DNA of 64,000 nucleotides, taken from the sequence record NC_100372.1. One strand, given 5' to 3'. This DNA is from a phage. Under the pieces are notes generated by a model that ran no database searches, was not told the origin of the DNA, and worked only from the letters and a program-made list of their open reading frames with translations. Made by a program: the position numbers and the translations under genes. Each line of letters begins with the position of its first letter. Within the stretch, counting starts at the first letter, position 1. Shown here one piece after another: positions 56,930 through 64,000 of the stretch.

Positions 56930-59008
56930 TTAAAAAGGTGTTTCGTCGTCTTCAAAACCAGGAACGTGGTTAGAGGACGGATCATCATACTGAAGATCTT
57001 CCTGTGTGTCAACAGGGTTAACAGCAGGGGTTATAACCTTATCAGCCACAACCTTGCCCACAGGTGTTTCTACAACTGCATGCTCCTGATCCTCAAACAT
57101 AGCCTGAGGTCTCCAAACAACCTCCCCACCTTCCCCATCTGTAAACATCTGCATTTCTTTGTCCCAGTACCAGTTGCTGGCATCATGGAACTTGCCTGTG
57201 TGGGGATCCATAACTAGAGTGTCTGCAATACCTAAGGTTTTTGCTGGGCGGTTTTTAAGACCTACCAGTCGGACACGTCCACGGGAACGATCCACCATCT
57301 CCTCTGCCTCTACCCCGACAACCACCCAGCTAAGTTGCTCCAATCCGGCACTACCGCGAAGGTTCTCTTTTCGTACAGGGTACCAGAAAGGTAACGGATT
57401 TCCATCCTTATCCTTCGGAGGTACAATCTCTGTGCGCTTCAGGTGAGCAATCACCAAGATAAACACATTAAACTGCTTACAGAACGCGGCTAGTTGAGTC
57501 ATAGCCATGTCAAGTTCTTTGCGCTCATCCTTAACATTAAGCCCTGAAATCACCATAGACAAGTGATCCAGCACAATGTAACGGCAGTGATACAGGCACA
57601 CCATTTGTTTAAGCTTAGTGATCAGCTCATCTACAGGAATGGAGCCGAAATGCTTGAACACTTTGATTTTTCCGGCCTTGGCCCAAGATTGATGAATCTC
57701 AGCGTGCTCCTGATCGGTCAGGAACTGACTGGGGTCTTCAACAAACTCTTTAACATCAAACCCCAGCTGGTTAGCGTACAGAGAGTTGATTGCTTCCTCA
57801 GGATCCTCTTCAAGGTGAATCAGGCACAGGCGATCATCCTCTTCATAATCATCAGCTTTAGGGCATGTTGGATCCATCAAGTATCTTGCAATGCAATGTT
57901 CCAGCTTCTTGGCTACAGTTGTTTTACCACCGCCAGACGGGCCTGTCAGCATCATCAAGGTGCCTTTGTGGAGTCCTTTCAGCATCTTCTGCAGTTTAGG
58001 GAACTCTGCACTAATATCCACGCCATTGGAAGTCTTCTTACGAAGAGATTCAATGGAGAAGTCTTCTAAATCAGATACAGCATCAGGCACATATTTGACT
58101 GGGTGACGGAACATGTTGACAATATCTTCCAGCTTTTTAGCCTTCAGCATGTCACGAATATCTTTTACACCATCAGGGTCGTTTACCTCACCTGGGTATT
58201 CCACGTGGTAAACGTTGTCAGCCATCAAAAATGCTGCGATATTATGCGTAGCTTCAACACCTTTGATAACGTGTTTTTGCTTCTCTACCTCGTTAGCTGC
58301 ATCGTTGTCCATTGCAAGGACTACTGTTCCGTAGCTACGGATAAATTTCTCATTGTTCGCAAAAGTGTCTACGGCGTTTGCACACCCGCAGTTAATTCCG
58401 ACAAAAGGCAGGCATGGTTTTCCTGCCAGATCACCGCCGTTGATAACTGCATCAATCCCATCCTGGACTTCTTTAGCCCACTGCTTCACCTTCGCCGGGG
58501 CTTTAGCATTGGTGAGAATTCCTTTTACTTGTACCTGATATGCAGCCTGCCACGCTGCAATAACATCTCCTTCCCCCTCACAAACGTTAATCTGCTTGCG
58601 GTTGTTGGAGGATGCACACAGCTTTTGACCAAACATCTGGGAGTTGGCCTTTACTATGCCGACAACCGAGAAATGGCCCCTTTGCTCTTTAGGGATTGTC
58701 CAGTCACGCTTTTTAAAGCCAGATAGATTACCGTAGCGGTCATAATACGGAAAGTAGGTGGCAGTAACAGTTACGCCATCCTCTTGGGATAGCGATGATC
58801 GTACACCAAAATATTGTGCAGCCATCAGTCCAATATTTTGTTGTGGAACAGGGACAATTTTAGTGTTTTCTAAAACAGTCTCCACAGTTTCAACTTCTTT
58901 TTCATCACGATAGTCTCGTTTCACACTTCCCCCACTTTTATACTTAGTTGCTTTCGGGTTTGGCTCACCGAAACGGTTGTATGCAGATGCCATGAATTTA
59001 CTGCCCAT
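56930..59008 (-). CDS. Bifunctional primase-helicase (T7 gp4-like: TOPRIM + DnaB/RecA-type helicase)
   Basis: TOPRIM CEGEGDVIAA and AMDNDAANE. Walker A LTGPSGGGKTT, Walker B-like YIVLDHLS. Acidic C-terminal tail ...GFEDDETPF. ATG 59008, 8 nt after AGGAG. Confidence 0.9.
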   Translation of the reverse strand: MGSKFMASAYNRFGEPNPKATKYKSGGSVKRDYRDEKEVETVETVLENTKIVPVPQQNIGLMAAQYFGVRSSLSQEDGVTVTATYFPYYDRYGNLSGFKKRDWTIPKEQRGHFSVVGIVKANSQMFGQKLCASSNNRKQINVCEGEGDVIAAWQAAYQVQVKGILTNAKAPAKVKQWAKEVQDGIDAVINGGDLAGKPCLPFVGINCGCANAVDTFANNEKFIRSYGTVVLAMDNDAANEVEKQKHVIKGVEATHNIAAFLMADNVYHVEYPGEVNDPDGVKDIRDMLKAKKLEDIVNMFRHPVKYVPDAVSDLEDFSIESLRKKTSNGVDISAEFPKLQKMLKGLHKGTLMMLTGPSGGGKTTVAKKLEHCIARYLMDPTCPKADDYEEDDRLCLIHLEEDPEEAINSLYANQLGFDVKEFVEDPSQFLTDQEHAEIHQSWAKAGKIKVFKHFGSIPVDELITKLKQMVCLYHCRYIVLDHLSMVISGLNVKDERKELDMAMTQLAAFCKQFNVFILVIAHLKRTEIVPPKDKDGNPLPFWYPVRKENLRGSAGLEQLSWVVVGVEAEEMVDRSRGRVRLVGLKNRPAKTLGIADTLVMDPHTGKFHDASNWYWDKEMQMFTDGEGGEVVWRPQAMFEDQEHAVVETPVGKVVADKVITPAVNPVDTQEDLQYDDPSSNHVPGFEDDETPF

Positions 59009-59792
59009 CAATTCTTCTCCTTACTACAGGCTCGTTTGCTAAGAATACAGCTCTTGCCCAGCCACGTGGTGTAAGGCTTCGAATCATCTTCGTCCTTGCA
59101 CTCTTTCCACCTAGCTTAGCGTGTTGCATGGAATAACCACTAACCACATCAACTATTTGCGGGACAGGTTTTGTGGCGGGGATTATAAATCCATTTCCTA
59201 TCCAACCGCAAGTTATTTTTGGGTAGGCATCACGTGGAGCTATAAATTCAGGAAACCATGGGTTTACATCATCCTCTGGTAAATACCCACCATAATCCGA
59301 AGGATGAAAACGGTAATCAGGTTTTCGCCACAGTGTTGACATAACTCCTACAGGGTTCTCTACATGCCACGGGCAATCGTAAATCTCTCCCAACTCTTCT
59401 GCAACCCGAGCATCTTTCACAGCATTAATTTGGATCAGAGGATCCTTAGCCAGCTTTTTCTTAAAGTGTGCAGCTCCGGATACTGCTAAATGCGTGCACG
59501 GAGGAAATGCAAGAATAAAGTCTGGAGCTGGATACATGCAAAAAGTTTCTTGAGGGAACCATGGATCAATCCAATAATCCACATAGTGAATGTTAGGATG
59601 ATCTGTTATCACCTCTGCATAACTACCGTGGTCAGCACCTTCTGCATTAAAGCACAGGCACAGGTACCCAGCTTTTGCCCAGTCAATAACTGCACCACCA
59701 GACCCGTCAAATAGACTCCACACAACACCTTTGTGGTAGTGTTCTTTGTAGATAAATTTCAATTTGCTGTCTCCTAATGCAAAAAGCCCCAC
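58998..59792 (-). CDS. DNA (cytosine-5) methyltransferase-like protein (compact)
   Basis: Motif I LFDGSGG, motif IV AFPPCTHLAVSG (catalytic PC), motif VI HVENPVG. Only 264 aa, so the target-recognition region is short. Confidence 0.75.
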   Translation of the reverse strand: MGLFALGDSKLKFIYKEHYHKGVVWSLFDGSGGAVIDWAKAGYLCLCFNAEGADHGSYAEVITDHPNIHYVDYWIDPWFPQETFCMYPAPDFILAFPPCTHLAVSGAAHFKKKLAKDPLIQINAVKDARVAEELGEIYDCPWHVENPVGVMSTLWRKPDYRFHPSDYGGYLPEDDVNPWFPEFIAPRDAYPKITCGWIGNGFIIPATKPVPQIVDVVSGYSMQHAKLGGKSARTKMIRSLTPRGWARAVFLANEPVVRRRIDGQ

Positions 59793-59813
59793 CCTTTCGG
59801 GCAGGGCCTAGTG

Positions 59814-60296
59814 TTAAACCCGGATACCTATTGTATACTCGGTGGATACCAATGTCAAATCTAAATTTAAAATTTCTTGCATCTCATAGTATGCATCCAG
59901 AGTGAGATACATTTCCCCATCCTCTTCTACATACTTGTCGAGATGTTTGAGGCACTTTGGATAACTATCAAGGGCAGCTTTTAAGCACTCAAACTCCGTG
60001 CTGTTGATGAATCCTTCCATCTTAGCTACCCGTTCTGGAGTAACAATAGCACTGTAGTGAGATTTAGCTTCCTGAATGCAATGGGTCCAAGCATCAACTT
60101 TCTCTTCAAAAAGCCCGAAGAATTTCTTTTTGGTGAGTTTCAGATTTTTTAAGTGCTTAAGCACTCGGTTGCCGATTACAGCCACATCACGAAACTTAAA
60201 GATAACTTTGTCGATATCCTCGCGGCCTATTTTCACAAAGCAGGCCTTGCACATCTCGGGAGCAGCGTAGCCTACCTTCCACATAAAATCTGACAT
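59814..60296 (-). CDS. Hypothetical protein
   Basis: AAGGAGAGAG SD. Confidence 0.65.
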   Translation of the reverse strand: MSDFMWKVGYAAPEMCKACFVKIGREDIDKVIFKFRDVAVIGNRVLKHLKNLKLTKKKFFGLFEEKVDAWTHCIQEAKSHYSAIVTPERVAKMEGFINSTEFECLKAALDSYPKCLKHLDKYVEEDGEMYLTLDAYYEMQEILNLDLTLVSTEYTIGIRV

Positions 60297-60308
60297 AACA
60301 CTCTCTCC

Positions 60309-60704
60309 TTATTCCTGAAAAGCAACAATATCATATGCACTTGCAGATGATCCTGGTGAAGAGTGACTCCAGTCTAGGTCATCAGAGTAGTCAGCATACT
60401 GTGCACCGCTACGTAGTTTGTATTTTACCCACTTACCTGGTGCAGGGTTTTCACCACCTTCCCATGCTTCCCAGCCTTCTGGTAGGCCATCCTGAGAGTA
60501 GTCGTCCACCTCACTAATAATCTTAGGGTTTGGCACCAAGATTCCGGCTGGTTCTTCCTTCTTAGCAAGTGTCCACACAATGTATGTGTCTGAACAGGAG
60601 CATGTCAGTAAAGTATACCCACTGTTCAGAACTTCTGAAAGCTCTTTTTCAGCATCTTCTAATTTGGTTAGGTGGTATTGGATAATCTTCACATCTGTAA
60701 TCAT
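60309..60704 (-). CDS. Hypothetical protein
   Basis: Start overlaps the upstream stop. Confidence 0.65.
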   Translation of the reverse strand: MITDVKIIQYHLTKLEDAEKELSEVLNSGYTLLTCSCSDTYIVWTLAKKEEPAGILVPNPKIISEVDDYSQDGLPEGWEAWEGGENPAPGKWVKYKLRSGAQYADYSDDLDWSHSSPGSSASAYDIVAFQE

Positions 60705-61006
60705 TAGAAACCTCCTGTCTCTTCAGCAAATGCAGCCGCTGTCGTCGCTGCATCCAGATAGGACTCTAGTTCACGTGCTGCACGTTTGTAAATCGAGTGG
60801 CGCAGATCATTTGGTAACTGGTGAAAATCAACCTCTTCTCCGTTGTGGTAAACATGCACATCAGTAATCTGTCTAAATCCATAATAATCAACATCAGAAT
60901 CACGGCACTCCGGATCTGGCAACTGGACAACTGCCTGAGCTTCTACAGTGAGCATATCGTCAAGTTCGAAATCGATTTCAAAAGTGTATGGTTTATAACG
61001 CTTCAT
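60704..61006 (-). CDS. Hypothetical acidic protein
   Basis: GAGGAGAG SD. Confidence 0.65.
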   Translation of the reverse strand: MKRYKPYTFEIDFELDDMLTVEAQAVVQLPDPECRDSDVDYYGFRQITDVHVYHNGEEVDFHQLPNDLRHSIYKRAARELESYLDAATTAAAFAEETGGF

Positions 61007-61076
61007 CGTTTGGTGCTCTCCTCAGTTTTGTGGGGAGGAGTTCCTCCCCCTTTTTTTTTTTTATACTCACATCTTA

Positions 61077-61418
61077 CTACTCAAGGTCTTCAGAGTCAAG
61101 CTCAAAAAGAATCAAACTGTGCATGCCTGCAGAGAGATCAACACACCCTGCAACAATAAGGGTTTGATAGTAAGGTTCAGCACCCTCAATATCTTCGTTA
61201 AAATCCACAACAAGGTAGTCACCTTTGTTAAAGGTGTATTTGTCCGATGTAAACGCAAAACCTGCCCAGTCCCCTACTGCAGGATCTTTATCAGTCACCT
61301 TTGTTAGCAGTAGATCTTTTTCACGGGATCTTTTAGTAAAATCGTGAATCACAACATCCTTCTCTTCAGGAGTCGGATTGCCACACACGTAGTTAACGAT
61401 ATTTCTCCACAAACTCAT
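61077..61418 (-). CDS. Hypothetical protein
   Basis: ATGA-type overlap with the helicase gene. Confidence 0.65.
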   Translation of the reverse strand: MSLWRNIVNYVCGNPTPEEKDVVIHDFTKRSREKDLLLTKVTDKDPAVGDWAGFAFTSDKYTFNKGDYLVVDFNEDIEGAEPYYQTLIVAGCVDLSAGMHSLILFELDSEDLE

Positions 61419-62785
61419 ACGTCCCCCTTTTCTGCTCTAGTTTCAAAATCTTTCCTGACTTTCTCGTCTAAGCCAGGGAAAGTTGTATTATAAAACTCTA
61501 CGACTCTCGGGTCAACAATAATATCCACCTCTCTTAATGGACGCAACAAGTTTATTCCTTGTATCGTCTTAACCCGACTCAAGGCAACATACGTCATTCC
61601 GGGAGAGAAAGCTCCGTTCTTTCCGAGGTCTAGGTTGTAACAATCTAACGTAAGTCCTTGACTTTTGTGCGATGTTACTGCGTACCCAGATTTCAAAGGA
61701 AGTTGCTCATAAGACCCGATCACAACCCTCTCTATGAACTTCTCCATCTTCCTTTCGGCAATATTGTACCTCTGGGAAGGTTTGTACTCGTTATTCTCCC
61801 ACAATCTCGGCTCAATTTCAACCTGTGTCCCGTCTTCCAGCTCAACCACCACAGACTTGGTCTTGAATTTTACCACTGTGGCGCGTGTCCCGTTGACATA
61901 GTACGGAACTTTGTGTGTCGGGTCAACATCGTTTGAGGTTATCATAACCTTCATCCCTATCTTCAGCCTCATTTCCTGCTCCACAGGCAGTGTGGAGGGG
62001 AACTTACCTTTCATTTTACCAATGTAGGTCTTCTCTGGGGCCTTGATGGCATCATAGAAACGTCTGTTCACCTCCTCTGCTTGCTTATTGGTGGCACAGA
62101 TGGTCAAGGCATCTGTTGGGACACCACCATGATAGCAACGAGTGTTAAGCTCTGCTACAACCTCTTTTATGCGACGACCTTCACGAACACAGTTCAACAT
62201 TGTGGCGAAGCGAACAGATTCCTGACGGAACTGGTCTACTAATGCTATATTGTGAAGATTAAGATCCTCCCAAGATTTTGTATAGCAACACAGGTCTGTG
62301 TGGTAGAAGTTGAAGTAGGCTTCTTTCTCCATAGAAGAGACAACTGGGGGTGCTTGGTAGAAATCTCCAAACAATAACACCTGAATGCCTCCGAAAGGTT
62401 TGTCATTTTTCCGAAGAAAGCGGAGTTTTCTATCCATCTCTATGAACTTGTCAGCACGGATCATAGAGATTTCATCGATAATTAGGATGGTAAATGCCTT
62501 GCTTTTCAGAGGCTTTGCTGTTTTTGCCCTTATTGCTGTCCAGTCTGACTCCATGCTCACACCTGCGGCAAGATCGAAAGTTCGGTGCGCTGTTGCTCCA
62601 TTAACGTTTAAAGCGGCTACCCCTGTCGGGGCAACCGTTATGCAAGAGTCTCCATACATGGACTGGATCATGTTGATAAGATATGTCTTCCCGGTTCCAC
62701 CAGGTCCACTTACGAAGACATTCTCACCGCTCATGATTGCAACAAGGGCAGCATCTGTGCCTACATCGTACTGCCCTTTTTCCAT
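61415..62785 (-). CDS. SF1B helicase, Pif1/RecD/Dda-like
   Basis: Walker A VSGPGGTGKTYL, Walker B LIIDEISMI, GDFYQAPPV, TSHKSQGLTLD, YVALSRV. Confidence 0.9.
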   Translation of the reverse strand: MEKGQYDVGTDAALVAIMSGENVFVSGPGGTGKTYLINMIQSMYGDSCITVAPTGVAALNVNGATAHRTFDLAAGVSMESDWTAIRAKTAKPLKSKAFTILIIDEISMIRADKFIEMDRKLRFLRKNDKPFGGIQVLLFGDFYQAPPVVSSMEKEAYFNFYHTDLCCYTKSWEDLNLHNIALVDQFRQESVRFATMLNCVREGRRIKEVVAELNTRCYHGGVPTDALTICATNKQAEEVNRRFYDAIKAPEKTYIGKMKGKFPSTLPVEQEMRLKIGMKVMITSNDVDPTHKVPYYVNGTRATVVKFKTKSVVVELEDGTQVEIEPRLWENNEYKPSQRYNIAERKMEKFIERVVIGSYEQLPLKSGYAVTSHKSQGLTLDCYNLDLGKNGAFSPGMTYVALSRVKTIQGINLLRPLREVDIIVDPRVVEFYNTTFPGLDEKVRKDFETRAEKGDV

Positions 62786-63990
62786 TACGCCTCCTCGTAG
62801 ATAATGTCGATAGTATTACCGTCGCGGTCAACCACGTACTCAATTGGGTCGCCATCTTTGCGCGATTCTGGAGCTACTACGATTTCGTAGCGGCATGCAC
62901 GGCACTTGGCGCTGTTGTGTTGGTAAGGTACACTAACTACATCGGCAGGGTCAACCATAACCGTCATCACAGTTCCGTAGCTCTTTGCATACTCTTTGCT
63001 GGCACAGTGCAGGCCATAAGAGCATGCAGCTTCCGGATCATCCTCTACAAAGTTACGAGGCATGGATACAAAAGCCCCCTGGTATTGTGGGACTTTACCA
63101 CTGTGCCAATCCACCCACTTGTCGCCGTTAAACTGAACCCCTTTGTAGCAAATGATTCGACCATCTTCTGCAATCTGAATGTCGTTTGCCTGCATAAAAT
63201 CGTAGAGCATGTTTACAGATTTTGCAGAAGGATTGCGTAGCAGGCGAACGAGGAATTTCACATAGCGGTCATCCAGTGTTCCGTCTGCATAATCTTTCTC
63301 AATTTTCTTTGCAATGGTGGATCGCATCTCTACACCGTAGTAGTAGAGCTTACCGTCTTTCATGATCAGGTTGTCTGCAAGTGTGGTGAACTCATTCTTG
63401 CGTTCCAGCCAGACAAGGATTTCACCAATTGCCTCGTCATATTCCTGAACAGAGATATGGTCGAAAACTTTCTGGTAAACTTCCTCACTTTCACTGCGGC
63501 GAATTTCAAAAATACCTTCGTTGCAGGTGATCTGGAGGAGTTCCCCGCAAATAACCACCAAAGGCTCGATGCTTCGGGTCTGTTGCTGAGACACACTGCT
63601 CACCACCTCCAGCACCGGGTCTTTTACTTCTACTAAAGGTTCTTCTGACTTGATTGCTACCCCAGTGAACCCTACACCGTGAACAACACACAGTGGATAT
63701 ACCACACCCCAACGTTTAACGGAACCTTCTCCTAAATCTAAGATCATGGCGTACTTACCGTTATCTTCCAGCCCATATCGAAATAAACGGGCCTCTTCAC
63801 GGGTTTCAAAATCCTCACGGGTGTAGCAGACGCTGTCACGGTCAGGATCGAACAACTCTGGGGCACCTACTGCCAGTGTCCAGGTTGTGTTACCTTTCTC
63901 AATAGCGCATGTGAAACCCTTCTTCTCAAGCTCTGCACGGCGGTCACGTGCTTCTTTACGAGTTTTGAAATGTTCGTAGATGAAAATCAT
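62785..63990 (-). CDS. Hypothetical protein (401 aa) with duplicated N-terminal F.TR(K/E)EAR..R..LE..G motif
   Basis: GGAGACC SD at the window edge. HFKTRKEARDRRAELEKKG and DFETREEARLFRYGLEDNG repeats. No family assigned. Confidence 0.7.
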   Translation of the reverse strand: MIFIYEHFKTRKEARDRRAELEKKGFTCAIEKGNTTWTLAVGAPELFDPDRDSVCYTREDFETREEARLFRYGLEDNGKYAMILDLGEGSVKRWGVVYPLCVVHGVGFTGVAIKSEEPLVEVKDPVLEVVSSVSQQQTRSIEPLVVICGELLQITCNEGIFEIRRSESEEVYQKVFDHISVQEYDEAIGEILVWLERKNEFTTLADNLIMKDGKLYYYGVEMRSTIAKKIEKDYADGTLDDRYVKFLVRLLRNPSAKSVNMLYDFMQANDIQIAEDGRIICYKGVQFNGDKWVDWHSGKVPQYQGAFVSMPRNFVEDDPEAACSYGLHCASKEYAKSYGTVMTVMVDPADVVSVPYQHNSAKCRACRYEIVVAPESRKDGDPIEYVVDRDGNTIDIIYEEA

Positions 63991-64000
63991 CTTGGTCTCC

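Overview
This window looks like part of a large virulent dsDNA phage. It has enterobacterial-style sigma70 promoters, SD sites and hairpin terminators. I saw no integrase, transposase, rRNA, tRNA or CRISPR array. GC content was not computed and no database search was possible.

Layout:
(i) nt 1-33573, + strand. This arm encodes an ATP-dependent DNA ligase, a lambda-R-type endolysin, an HNH nuclease, a FEN-type 5'-3' exonuclease, adjacent RuvC-like and EndoVII-like nucleases, a DnaQ-like exonuclease and two NPPF/NPPY DNA methyltransferases. It also encodes a dNMP-kinase-like protein, a HAD nucleotidase, ThyX, NrdA/NrdB/glutaredoxin, NrdD/NrdG, PhoH, an orphan ClpP-like protease and an HPF/RaiA ribosome-hibernation homologue. 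About 40 small acidic ORFs follow. They fall into paralogue families and are interspersed with 26-46 aa single-TM peptides.
(ii) nt 33574-36087. This is a 2.5 kb ORF-free island between the two convergent gene arms. It is dense in iterons, palindromes, Fur-box-like sites and strand-asymmetric purine-rich stretches.
(iii) nt 36088-63990, - strand. About 30 small early-type genes sit here, many with their own near-consensus promoter. A second ORF-free island of about 1 kb (45122-46138) interrupts them and shares motifs with the first island. Beyond it lie a TARG1/DarG-like macrodomain, a protein ending in the host SSB tip DDDIPF, a family A DNA polymerase, a gp4-like primase-helicase, a C5-cytosine methyltransferase and a Pif1/Dda-like helicase.

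Best novelty candidates:
- A three-copy GC-rich hairpin element with a 23-nt perfectly conserved core, placed next to promoter elements and Fur-box-like palindromes in the ORF-free islands.
- The iteron/palindrome architecture of the two islands.
- The phage HPF homologue.
- The macrodomain.
- Two start-less ORFs that can only be reached by frameshifting or UGA read-through from upstream mini-TM ORFs.
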